Virus record (IMG/VR): IMGVR_UViG_3300043772_001024 | Span: 1-64,000 of that record | Source: a virus | Length of the DNA: 64,000 nt | Direction: 5' to 3' (one strand) | Shown here: in pieces, positions 9,094-18,430 of the stretch | Layout: every line of letters begins with the position of its first letter | Numbering within the stretch: the stretch's first letter is position 1 | Program-made: the position numbers and the translations under genes | The notes under the pieces: model-generated | Seen by the model: only the letters and a program-made list of their open reading frames with translations | Told to the model about the DNA's origin: nothing | The model's database searches: none

Positions 9094-10249
9094 AATTTCT
9101 AAGAATTTAATGCTTACTGAGCCCTATTACGGGTTCTTTCTCATTATGTTGAATAAGCTATGGGACAGTAAAAGAGTTCCTACAGCTGGTGTGAGCAAGA
9201 ATGGAATTAATTATCAGCTTACTATTAATACAGAGTTCTGGGAAAGTCTTAGTGAAGACCACAGATATGGATTATTGAAGCATGAGTTACTACATATTGC
9301 TTTTGGACATCTTACTACATTCTTTAAGTTTTCTAACAAGAAAATGGCTAATGTGGCAATGGATTGCGAAATAAATCAGTATATAAGTAAACAGTATCTA
9401 CCGGAAGGTGGTATTGATATAGATAACTATACTGATATAGAACTAGATAGAAAGGCCGGTGCTAGATATTATTATGACAAACTGAATCAACTTCAGGATG
9501 AAAAAGATAAGAATGGCACTTGTGGAGACTCTAATATGGATAAACTTCTTGACAATATAGAGAATGGTGACATACCTGATCATAGTACTTGGGAAGACTT
9601 TGAAGATCTTACAGAGGCAGAACAGAAACTTATAGAGAAACAGTTACAGAAAGTTCTTACTGATGCTAAAGAGCAGACAGAAAAGAAAAGAGGTACTGTC
9701 CCCGGGGAGATAGAAGGGTTGATCATAATTGAAGAGATTGTTAAACCTAAATTTGACTGGAGAGGATTCATTAGGAGATTTACTGGTGTAAGCACTAAGG
9801 TATTTACTAAGAAGATCAGAAGGAAAGAGAACAGAAGGTTTGAAGCTAATCCGGGTCTTAAAGTAAAAATGAAACAACACATGCTGTTGGCCATAGATAC
9901 TTCAGGTTCTGTAAGTGATGATGAACTTAAAGAGTTTATGAGTGAAATCTACCACATATATAAATGTGGCGTAGATATAACAATAGTACAGTGTGATACA
10001 ACTATCAGATCAATTGAACCTTACAAAGGTAAATTTGAAATGGCAGTGCAAGGTAGGGGAGGAACTGAGTTTGACCCTGTCCTGGAGTATTTTAATGAAA
10101 ACCAAAAGAAATATACAAGCCTGGTGTATTTTACTGATGGTGAATGTTGGACACATGTAAAACCTAAAGGAAATATTCTATGGGTTTTGTCAGAGAGATC
10201 CCATATGAATGACAGCTTACCAGGTAAAATAATCAAATTAGAACTATAA
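9068..10249 (+). CDS. Metallopeptidase-VWA protein (DUF2201-like)
   Basis: HELLH zincin motif; VWA MIDAS DTSGS, GGT and FTDG. Confidence 0.9.
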   Translation: MDKQQSLSKISKNLMLTEPYYGFFLIMLNKLWDSKRVPTAGVSKNGINYQLTINTEFWESLSEDHRYGLLKHELLHIAFGHLTTFFKFSNKKMANVAMDCEINQYISKQYLPEGGIDIDNYTDIELDRKAGARYYYDKLNQLQDEKDKNGTCGDSNMDKLLDNIENGDIPDHSTWEDFEDLTEAEQKLIEKQLQKVLTDAKEQTEKKRGTVPGEIEGLIIIEEIVKPKFDWRGFIRRFTGVSTKVFTKKIRRKENRRFEANPGLKVKMKQHMLLAIDTSGSVSDDELKEFMSEIYHIYKCGVDITIVQCDTTIRSIEPYKGKFEMAVQGRGGTEFDPVLEYFNENQKKYTSLVYFTDGECWTHVKPKGNILWVLSERSHMNDSLPGKIIKLEL

Positions 10250-10259
10250 AAAAAAGAGT

Positions 10260-11429
10260 ATGAGCCAAGTACAATTAAATGTTGAAGAGTTAAAAAGTTT
10301 TATTAAGCACATGGTTAAGAATAACCAACACATTCAGTCTGAAGGAAAAGTTCCTGTGGCTATTAATATTGAAGGTGATGCTGGTTTGGGTAAAACTTCT
10401 GCTATCATGCAGTTGGGTAAAGAATTACAAATGGATGTTGTAAAGCTGAATTTATCTCAGCTAGAAGAATTGGGTGACTTGGTTGGGTTTCCTGTAAAAG
10501 AATTCCAGATACAAAATGCTGAAGGTAAGACTACATGGATTAATGAGTCTCAGATATCTGCAGCTAGTGCAAAAGGGTACAAGGTTATTGGAAAGAGAAT
10601 GTCACATGCTGCTCCTGAGTGGATTCAGGGTAAAGGAGAAGGTGGTTTCTTAGTATTAGATGATTATACTCGTGCTGATGCAAGATTTATGCAAGCAACT
10701 ATGGAAATCTTAGATAGACAGGAATATGTTTCTTGGAAACTACCAAAGAACTGGCATGTACTTTTGACTACTAATCCAGACAATGGTGATTATAATGTAA
10801 CCAGTCTTGACGTAGCTCAGAAGACTAGATTTATCTCTGTTGAGTTGAAATATGATGCTGATGTATGGGCTAAGTGGGCAGAGAAAGCAAACATAGATGG
10901 TAGATGTATTAACTTCATGTTGATGCACCCAGAATTGGTAACTCAAAGAGTTAATCCAAGATCTATTACTACTTTCTTCAATGCTATTAGTTCTGTACCT
11001 AAGTTTGAAGATGATCTTCCATTGATTCAAATGATTGGTGAGGGTTCTGTTGGTGTAGATTTTAGTTCAATGTTTACTATGTTCATTAATAACAAGCTTG
11101 ACAGGATTATTAGTCCTGCAGATATCCTAACTAAAGATGAGCAGTATGTAATGAACTCTCTTACTAATGCCGTTGGTAAAGATGATGACTTTAGAGCTGA
11201 TATCTCTAGTGTGATCGCAACTAGGGTAATTAACTATTCACTCACTCTTGCAGAAAAAGGAGCCGTTGGTAAGCCTATTATTGACAGGATAGCTAAACTT
11301 ACTACTGACTGTGAAGCATTCACTAATGACCTTAGATATTACATGGTCAAGGAGATTGTTAACGGAAACAAAGTTAAGTTTAGTCCATTGATGATGAATC
11401 AAGACGTGGTGAAGATGGCTGTTAAGTAA
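10260..11429 (+). CDS. MoxR-like AAA+ ATPase
   Basis: GDAGLGKT, LVLDDYTRA, TTNP, DVAQKTRF and NPRS; adjacent to the VWA gene. Confidence 0.88.
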   Translation: MSQVQLNVEELKSFIKHMVKNNQHIQSEGKVPVAINIEGDAGLGKTSAIMQLGKELQMDVVKLNLSQLEELGDLVGFPVKEFQIQNAEGKTTWINESQISAASAKGYKVIGKRMSHAAPEWIQGKGEGGFLVLDDYTRADARFMQATMEILDRQEYVSWKLPKNWHVLLTTNPDNGDYNVTSLDVAQKTRFISVELKYDADVWAKWAEKANIDGRCINFMLMHPELVTQRVNPRSITTFFNAISSVPKFEDDLPLIQMIGEGSVGVDFSSMFTMFINNKLDRIISPADILTKDEQYVMNSLTNAVGKDDDFRADISSVIATRVINYSLTLAEKGAVGKPIIDRIAKLTTDCEAFTNDLRYYMVKEIVNGNKVKFSPLMMNQDVVKMAVK

Positions 11430-11485
11430 GCCAACATAGAGCTGTTCCCCACCAAAAGGAGCATAAAATAAATTAAAACAAACAT

Positions 11486-11507
11486 AGGGGGAGATAAAAC
11501 TCCCCTT
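11486..11507 (+). terminator. Intergenic stem-loop without a U-tract
   Basis: GGGGAG-ATAAAA-CTCCCC. Confidence 0.45.
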
Positions 11508-11522
11508 ATTAAACTTAACACA

Positions 11523-12902
11523 ATGAAAAATTATTTGTTTTTTGAAATTGAAGCTAATGCCTCAGAAGTTATTATAAAAGTTGATACAACTTTTGGTACT
11601 GAAGATAACAATCAATCTGGTTTTACAATTTCAAATGATAACTATGTCCCTACTAAAGGAGACAAATTGTATTTTCTACCTGGTGTAAATATTCCCCGGG
11701 TAAAAATGAAGGATTTAACTATGGAACATGGTATTAAATCTGTCAGAAACATAGATGAGGCAACACATATCTTTGCTGGTAGAAGTACTACACACAAAAT
11801 AACAAGTAATAATTGGTATTACAGAATGTCAACTGATCATTTTAAACAGATGTTTGAGACTGTAAAACAGTTTATGGATGATTATTATATTCAAAATGTA
11901 GAGACAGCACTAGAATTTTACCAAGAAGAGTGTGTGTATATGGATTATAGTTCTTCTAGTGAAATTAGAAATGAATATCCATTTCTTGAAGCAAGAAAGA
12001 TTGAAGGACTTGTAGCATCTATCAATAACTCTAGGACATTCTATGCAGTTGATGATACTTATAGGGATTATTTTCCTGCAGTTACTACTCTTACAATTTA
12101 TGATGAGGCTGAATTATTAAAGTATATTAATGGTCCTGATGCAGTTATCATAGATTCAGTAATGTTTGAGCAATTATCAGACATGTTTAAGAGCTCAGAT
12201 AATGATAATCATATCTTGGCAATGGAGATTATGGCTAATTCTAACTATATAGATAGTTTACTCTACCTAGAAATGTTATTTAAAGAATATTCTGGTGCAA
12301 TGAACAACTGTCATACTAAAAAGCATGTTAACTTCAAGTCTTTACTAGGATATCTAAATAAAGATGGTTACATGACTACAAACATAGATGACATAATGAA
12401 GTCTTTGATTGATAAGGGTGTTCTTGATACAGAGAAAATAAATGTAATCATGGATAGGTATGCTCAGGAGATTGAGAAGCATGGTAGTACTAATTTCTTT
12501 AAAGTAAAATCCGTGACAGTTAATCCAGAAACACTGGCTTTGTTGAATGCAAACTATGTATATAACAAACTAGAAGACTTTGTACCAGAGGGTCAAGTTG
12601 AAGAAGAGGTTATTGAATTACATGCTAATTTAGAGGACCTAAATTCAATGCCAGGGGAGATTGAAGATGGTGCGCTCTCTGATGAAGACTTAGAAGATGC
12701 ATTTACTAATATTGTTAGAGATGAACTCAAGTCAGAGTTAATAGAGTTAGAAGAGGAAAAAGAGTTTCCTGAAGATGAGTCTGTCTTTACTGAGGCAGAA
12801 GATTATGCTTTAGGAGAAATTATAAGTAACCTTGCTGAAGAATCTGAATCAAATAATAATCAAAAAGAACAAGATGCCACTGATGACTTTGAATGGTTCT
12901 GA
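11523..12902 (+). CDS. Hypothetical protein: BRCT-like segment, LxxMxxSxDxxN motif, long acidic tail
   Basis: FLPGVNIPRVKMKDLTMEHGIKSVRNIDEATHIF; QLSDMFKSSDNDNHILA; ends DDFEWF. Confidence 0.75.
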   Translation: MKNYLFFEIEANASEVIIKVDTTFGTEDNNQSGFTISNDNYVPTKGDKLYFLPGVNIPRVKMKDLTMEHGIKSVRNIDEATHIFAGRSTTHKITSNNWYYRMSTDHFKQMFETVKQFMDDYYIQNVETALEFYQEECVYMDYSSSSEIRNEYPFLEARKIEGLVASINNSRTFYAVDDTYRDYFPAVTTLTIYDEAELLKYINGPDAVIIDSVMFEQLSDMFKSSDNDNHILAMEIMANSNYIDSLLYLEMLFKEYSGAMNNCHTKKHVNFKSLLGYLNKDGYMTTNIDDIMKSLIDKGVLDTEKINVIMDRYAQEIEKHGSTNFFKVKSVTVNPETLALLNANYVYNKLEDFVPEGQVEEEVIELHANLEDLNSMPGEIEDGALSDEDLEDAFTNIVRDELKSELIELEEEKEFPEDESVFTEAEDYALGEIISNLAEESESNNNQKEQDATDDFEWF

Positions 12903-13893
12903 TGAACTAGAGAGATTTTACAAAGAGAAGTTTTACTTTAGCTACAGTGGGTTGAATAAGTTATTATTCTCACCCGCTGCTTTTTACAATCATTATGTGC
13001 TCAACCAGCGGGAAGACAGTAAGGATGCTCACCTCATAGGAGGGAGTGTCCTACACTGTCTCTTGTTTGAACCTGATGCATATAGTGAGAAGTTTATAAC
13101 TATGCCTGGTAAATTTCCTACAGACAGTCAAAGAAAAATTATTGATAATATTTTCAAGATACATTGTAGTATTGGAAATAATTCATTACTTTTGGAAGAC
13201 TACTCACCAGATATACTCACACAATTACTTACAGCAAATCTTTATCAAGCCCTTAAAACAGATGCTCAAAGATTGGAAAAGATTCTCACTGAAGAGAACA
13301 AGGAGTATTTTGAATTCCTCAAAGCAAGTTTAGACAAAACAGTGGTAGATCAACCTACTTTGGATGGCTGCAAAGCACAGGTAGAGATACTAAAAAGTAA
13401 TAAAGATATCCGTGCTTTATTACAGCTAGACAAAACTGAGGAAGATGATCACATTGAAGTGTTTAATGAGTTGTACATTAAAATGGATCATGACAGATTA
13501 CCTTTTGGCCTTCATGGGTTTCTTGACAATATAGTTGTTGACAAGGACAGTAAAACAATCTTTGTCAATGACTTAAAGACAACTGGTAAGTCTATTCAAG
13601 ATTTTCCTGAAGCTGTTGAGTATTACAAGTATTGGATACAAGCTGTTATCTATCTTGTACTAGCTTCAGAAAAATTTCTTGCTGACAAACCTGACAGACA
13701 TGAATGGAATGTCCAAGTAACCTTTATTGTAATTGACAAGTATAATTTAGTTTACCCATTTCAAGTGTCTCAAGAATCAATGAGGCAGTGGAAGATAGAC
13801 TTCAGAAATATTCTTAGTATTGCTCAATGGCATTATGAGAATAAGCAGTATAGTCTTCCATATGACCTTGCAGTAGGTAATGTAAAATTGTAA
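12874..13893 (+). CDS. PD-(D/E)XK exonuclease (RecE/ExoVIII/DUF3799-like)
   Basis: SYSGL, GSVLHCLLFEP, GFLD, NDLKTT and YWIQAVIY; start at 12874 or 12883. Confidence 0.85.
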   Translation: MPLMTLNGSDELERFYKEKFYFSYSGLNKLLFSPAAFYNHYVLNQREDSKDAHLIGGSVLHCLLFEPDAYSEKFITMPGKFPTDSQRKIIDNIFKIHCSIGNNSLLLEDYSPDILTQLLTANLYQALKTDAQRLEKILTEENKEYFEFLKASLDKTVVDQPTLDGCKAQVEILKSNKDIRALLQLDKTEEDDHIEVFNELYIKMDHDRLPFGLHGFLDNIVVDKDSKTIFVNDLKTTGKSIQDFPEAVEYYKYWIQAVIYLVLASEKFLADKPDRHEWNVQVTFIVIDKYNLVYPFQVSQESMRQWKIDFRNILSIAQWHYENKQYSLPYDLAVGNVKL

Positions 13894-13898
13894 ATGTT

Positions 13899-14468
13899 AT
13901 GGTAATTAGTGCGCTTTATAAGAAGTACTTTCAGAAGTCCAAGATATTTTTATATCCGCTCTTGGAAATTAAAAGGGGTACAAGTGTTGTTCCAGAAGAA
14001 ACTTATCTGAGTTGGAACAACAGCATCACTCCTGAGGATATGAAATTAATATGTGTTTATCATACAAGAACTGACATAGAGTACATTAACTTTGAAAAGA
14101 ATGTTTTACTAAAACACTCTAGACTTTGTGATTATGTATGGACAGGTGACAAAACAATATTCACATTTGATTTTTCTGATTTAGAATACAACTGGTTCCA
14201 TTTAGTTTATGGAAGATACAGTAAGTTAGATTATGATATAAAGCGTAAGATATTAAACTTTTTTGATACAAAGTCTGGTAATTATCTGTATGTTTCCAGC
14301 TATCTTTTTCCTGAAAAGCACTTTGAAACATATGCAAATCTATTAGGTGTTAGCACTGAGCTAGTAAAATCTGTAGGTGAACTGTGTGATAAACCCAACT
14401 TGGACAAAGAAAATTTAGTATTGGAAGTTGCAAACTTGGAAAATATAGAAAAAACAGTAAATTTGTAA
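13899..14468 (+). CDS. Hypothetical protein
   Basis: ORF in the operon. Confidence 0.75.
   Translation: MVISALYKKYFQKSKIFLYPLLEIKRGTSVVPEETYLSWNNSITPEDMKLICVYHTRTDIEYINFEKNVLLKHSRLCDYVWTGDKTIFTFDFSDLEYNWFHLVYGRYSKLDYDIKRKILNFFDTKSGNYLYVSSYLFPEKHFETYANLLGVSTELVKSVGELCDKPNLDKENLVLEVANLENIEKTVNL
14436..14465 (+). promoter_or_regulatory. Bacteroidota sigma-A-type promoter
   Basis: TTG (14436-14438), 19-nt spacer, TAAATTTG (14458-14465); 22 nt upstream of ATG 14488. Confidence 0.65.
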
Positions 14469-14487
14469 AAAATTAAACCAACAAAAA

Positions 14488-14850
14488 ATGAGTGAAAACA
14501 CAATGATGCTTGTACAGTCTACATGGAATGACAAGCAAACTTTTAGAATGATTCCTATTACTGAATCTTGTCCCTATGTAGAATGTATTATGGATCCGGA
14601 TACTAAGGTATTTGTAGTCATTTCTAAGATTAGAAAGACTTCATTACACATGTTACCTAAACTTGATGAATATGGTCAAGCAGTTACAGGTACCAAAGGT
14701 ATGAAGCAAGAGAGACATAAGATTGAGGTATTTCAAGAGTTTTATGTAGAAGATGCATCTGCAATAGATGAGGTTATCAAACAATTTGCAGTTAATGCAA
14801 AGAAGTTTGACTACAAGAAATTTATGACCCCAGCTGCAACTGAGGCATAA
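14488..14850 (+). CDS. Hypothetical protein with its own promoter and terminator
   Basis: A-rich leader; bounded by the promoter and an intrinsic terminator. Confidence 0.8.
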   Translation: MSENTMMLVQSTWNDKQTFRMIPITESCPYVECIMDPDTKVFVVISKIRKTSLHMLPKLDEYGQAVTGTKGMKQERHKIEVFQEFYVEDASAIDEVIKQFAVNAKKFDYKKFMTPAATEA

Positions 14851-14868
14851 ATGATTGGAACCTGAATG

Positions 14869-14902
14869 AAAAGAGGGTGGGTACCAAGCACCCTCTTTTT
14901 TT
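14869..14902 (+). terminator. Intrinsic terminator, potentially bidirectional
   Basis: AAAAGAGGGTG-loop-CACCCTCTTTTTTT. Confidence 0.85.
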
Positions 14903-14944
14903 ATTAACTTAAACGGGGGAACAGCTTAACTGAACATCAAGATT

Positions 14945-15178
14945 ATGGGAGATATGCCATATGGACAATGTAAATATTGTCACCAAATAGGCCCACTTAG
15001 AATTACCTATTTTAGAATTCCAATTGATTGTAACTGTTGTGGTAATGGTCATTCAGAAAGAATAGAACATTGTAATAACTGTGAGGCTAAAATGCCTACT
15101 GAAACAACAGTATGGGTCAACACAAAGAAACTATTTGATCCTATTCATGAAGGTTTATTTAAAAAAGTAAGAGAATGA
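14945..15178 (+). CDS. Small Cys-rich (Zn-ribbon-like) protein
   Basis: CKYC, CNCC, HCNNC; ATGA overlap with the polymerase gene. Confidence 0.7.
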   Translation: MGDMPYGQCKYCHQIGPLRITYFRIPIDCNCCGNGHSERIEHCNNCEAKMPTETTVWVNTKKLFDPIHEGLFKKVRE

Positions 15179-17076
15179 GAACACATTGGGTCATGGACTG
15201 GGAAACATTATCCAATTGTTTCATTGGTTGTTTTGAAGATGTAAAATCTGAGCACAGAGAAGTATTTGTCTGTCACAAATCACAAAATGATATACTAGAA
15301 CTAGTTACATTCTTAGAAAGAAATGTAACACTTGGTGAATGGCATGTTAGCTTTAATGGTCTTGCCTTTGACAGTCAGATAACTGAACATATTCTCCGGA
15401 ATAAAGAGCAGCTACTTGAACAAGATGGTGAAACTATTGCAAGGTTTGTCTATGCTAAAGCACAAGCTGTAATCCAGAGAAGTAATGCAGGAGAGTTTGC
15501 TGAGTTTGGTTCTAGAGATTTGCAGATAAGACAAGTAGATGTATTTAAACTAAATCACTGGGACAATCCAGCTAAAAGGTCTAGCCTTAAGTGGATCCAG
15601 TATACAATGGATTGGAAGAATATCAAGGATATGCCTATTCCACACTATGCTGAAGTTACAGAGAGTCAAATACTTTCTATTGTAAAGTATTGTATAAATG
15701 ATGTCCGGTCTACTAAACAGATCATGCAGTTAAGCAAGGGACAGATTGAGTTAAGGAGAGCACTGACAGAAGAATATAACATAGATTTATTCTCTGCATC
15801 TGAGCCAAGGATATCTAAAGAACTGTTTTTACATTTCTTGAGTAAGCAAACTGGTATCCGGAAAGCTGAGCTCCGTCAAATGAGAACTCAGAGAGAGCAG
15901 ATAGTTGTAAAAGATATCATACTACCTTATATAAGTTTTGAGACAGCTACCTTTCAACACCTACTTAAAAAGTTTCAGGATGTAGTTATCTATACCGGAA
16001 ATACTAAAGGTGGGTTTAAGTATTCTGTACAGTATAAGGGAGTAAAGACAGACTATGGTCTGGGTGGTATTCATGGTGCTAGACAATCTAGGGTATATAA
16101 TGCCACGGATGATATGGTTATCATGACTTCAGATGTTACTTCATTCTATCCTAATCTTGCTATTAGAAATAAATGGGCTCCGGCACATTTACCACAAGAG
16201 GAGTTTTGTAGTCAGTATGAATGGTTCTTTGATGAGAGGAAAACTATTCCAAAGAAGGACCCAAAGAACTATGTATACAAGATTATCTTGAATTCAACTT
16301 ATGGTCTCAGTAATGATGAGAATAGTTTCCTGTATGACCCTGAGTTCACAATGAAGATTACTATCAATGGTCAGCTAAGTCTTAGTATGTTGTATGAGAT
16401 GATTTGTGAAGGTATACCAGGTGCAATACCGTTGATGCAAAATACAGATGGTCTTGAGACTATGATTCCTAGAGAATATGTGGACAAGTACATGGAGATC
16501 TGTAAGATATGGGAAAAGATAACCAACCTACAACTAGAACATGATAAGTATAGTAAGCTTGTGATAGGTGATGTAAACAACTATATTGCTGTTACTGAAG
16601 ACGGTAAGTCTAAATGTAAAGGTAGATTTGAGTTTGCTGACCTAGCACTGCATAAGAACAAGAGTTTTCTTGTAATACCTAAAGCTCTGCATGCATATTT
16701 TGTAGAAGGTATTAAACCTGAGGATTATCTAAAGAGTAACAGAAATATTTTTGATTACTGTGGTGGTAAAAAGATCAAGGGAGATTGGAAGTATGTAGAG
16801 AAATTTATTAAAAATGGTGTGTACACGGAGAAAGAACTCCAGCATACCTTAAGATATTATATCTGTAATACAGGGTCTAAGATTATCAAGATAAATAAGT
16901 CTGATGGTAGAGAGATAAACATTGAAGCCGGCAAATGGCTGCAACAGATTTATATCAACCACATAGATGATATGGACTTTGATGATTATGAGATTAATTA
17001 CAAGTACTATCTGGAGAATATAAAAAAAGAAATAGAAGGTTTAGAGCCTAATATAAATCAATTAAGTTTATTTTAA
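15175..17076 (+). CDS. polB: Family B DNA polymerase
   Basis: Exonuclease DWE, FNGLAFD and YCINDV; polymerase DVTSFYP, KIILNSTYG and NTDG; C-terminal QLSLF. Confidence 0.93.
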   Translation: MRTHWVMDWETLSNCFIGCFEDVKSEHREVFVCHKSQNDILELVTFLERNVTLGEWHVSFNGLAFDSQITEHILRNKEQLLEQDGETIARFVYAKAQAVIQRSNAGEFAEFGSRDLQIRQVDVFKLNHWDNPAKRSSLKWIQYTMDWKNIKDMPIPHYAEVTESQILSIVKYCINDVRSTKQIMQLSKGQIELRRALTEEYNIDLFSASEPRISKELFLHFLSKQTGIRKAELRQMRTQREQIVVKDIILPYISFETATFQHLLKKFQDVVIYTGNTKGGFKYSVQYKGVKTDYGLGGIHGARQSRVYNATDDMVIMTSDVTSFYPNLAIRNKWAPAHLPQEEFCSQYEWFFDERKTIPKKDPKNYVYKIILNSTYGLSNDENSFLYDPEFTMKITINGQLSLSMLYEMICEGIPGAIPLMQNTDGLETMIPREYVDKYMEICKIWEKITNLQLEHDKYSKLVIGDVNNYIAVTEDGKSKCKGRFEFADLALHKNKSFLVIPKALHAYFVEGIKPEDYLKSNRNIFDYCGGKKIKGDWKYVEKFIKNGVYTEKELQHTLRYYICNTGSKIIKINKSDGREINIEAGKWLQQIYINHIDDMDFDDYEINYKYYLENIKKEIEGLEPNINQLSLF

Positions 17077-17077
17077 T

Positions 17078-18349
17078 ATGCCAAAGAAAATACAGAACAC
17101 AACAAAAGCAAACTTAATAAGTGTAGCACTACCAACACATGGTGCCACTTATACTGTGATCAGTCACCAGTTTGTAATTGATTATGCTTATCAAGCCCTT
17201 GCTAATGCAGGGTTTGGTATTGTAGATGAGGAGTACAGATGTACTGCTGACGGACAAATTGCTCAGGGAATTTATAAACTTCATTTTAATTCTGATCCTG
17301 AGTTGTCTATGATGTTTGCTTGGACAAACAGTTATAATAAACAAGTAAAGTTTAAATGTGTAGTTGGTGCCTATATAAATAACAGTGGTTCTGTTATGAT
17401 TTCTGGGGAAGTTGGTTCATGGGTTAGAAAACATACTGGTTCTGCGGATACAGAGACCAAAGATACAATTGATTCTTACATTGCAAATGCTTATATGTAT
17501 TATACTCAATTGTGTTCTGACAAAGCAACTATGGAAACTGTGACTCTTAATAAGAGAAAACAAGCTCAGTTACTAGGAGTATTGTTTGCAGAGTATGAGA
17601 TTCTTACTACTGAACAAGCTAGTATGATCCGGGATCAAATGAAGAGACCACAACAAGTATTTGCTAATACTGATAGTTTATGGGCATTCTATAACTTTGT
17701 AACTAATGCATTACAGTCATCACATCCAAAGACATGGATGGAAGACCAAAGGATTCTTCATTATTTTATCTCTACAATTGGAAACTTTCAGCAGTGCAGT
17801 ACACCTGCACAGGTAGTTCAACCTATTAACACTGTTAATGAAGTCATAGAAACTGAAGTAGATCCTAATCAGATAAATCTACTAGATGCAATTGCAGAAG
17901 CTGAGGCAGAACAAGAAGTGGTGCAAAATGGGTCTGATTTTGATATAGATTTGCACCAGTCTGAAGAAGTAGTTGAAGATGTTATTGAAGACATAGAAGT
18001 TCCATTTGACATTGATGCTGATGATGATGCTGTGTTAGGTTCATTACTAGTTCCAATAGAAAAACCGGAGCCTGTTGCAACTATAGAAGATTATTTAGCT
18101 AGTAAAAATAAAGAGGAAATTAGTCCCGAAAATTCTGAGGACATTTTTCCCCAAGATGAAACTGTAGTTTATACTGATCCAGCAGGTAATGTATTTGAAG
18201 CTCCAATTGTTATAGATACAATTGAACTTAATGAGAATACAAAAATGGCTGTAGTAGTAACTGAATCAGAGTTTGCAATGGAAGATAATTTTGATTTAGA
18301 CTTTAATGAAACTGAAGAAGGTGGGGATGACATTCCTGACTTTTTCTAA
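17078..18349 (+). CDS. DUF932-like protein with a long acidic C-terminal tail
   Basis: TYTVISH, NSYNK, RKHTG and SLWAFYNFVTNAL; about 170-aa D/E-rich tail ending DDIPDFF. Confidence 0.65.
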   Translation: MPKKIQNTTKANLISVALPTHGATYTVISHQFVIDYAYQALANAGFGIVDEEYRCTADGQIAQGIYKLHFNSDPELSMMFAWTNSYNKQVKFKCVVGAYINNSGSVMISGEVGSWVRKHTGSADTETKDTIDSYIANAYMYYTQLCSDKATMETVTLNKRKQAQLLGVLFAEYEILTTEQASMIRDQMKRPQQVFANTDSLWAFYNFVTNALQSSHPKTWMEDQRILHYFISTIGNFQQCSTPAQVVQPINTVNEVIETEVDPNQINLLDAIAEAEAEQEVVQNGSDFDIDLHQSEEVVEDVIEDIEVPFDIDADDDAVLGSLLVPIEKPEPVATIEDYLASKNKEEISPENSEDIFPQDETVVYTDPAGNVFEAPIVIDTIELNENTKMAVVVTESEFAMEDNFDLDFNETEEGGDDIPDFF

Positions 18350-18387
18350 AGATCCTGTTAATCATAATAAAACAGGTTAATACAACT

Positions 18388-18419
18388 AAGGGGATGCAGA
18401 AATGTGTCCCCTTTTTTTT
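18388..18419 (+). terminator. Intrinsic terminator
   Basis: AGGGGATGCA-GAAA-TGTGTCCCCT followed by a T-run. Confidence 0.85.
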
Positions 18420-18430
18420 AACTTTACAAT

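Noticed and set aside
15175-17076. Intein or group I intron in polB (also considered for the helicase, primase and RNAP)
   Set aside because: Motifs are contiguous at normal spacing; no splice-junction or embedded homing-endonuclease signature seen.
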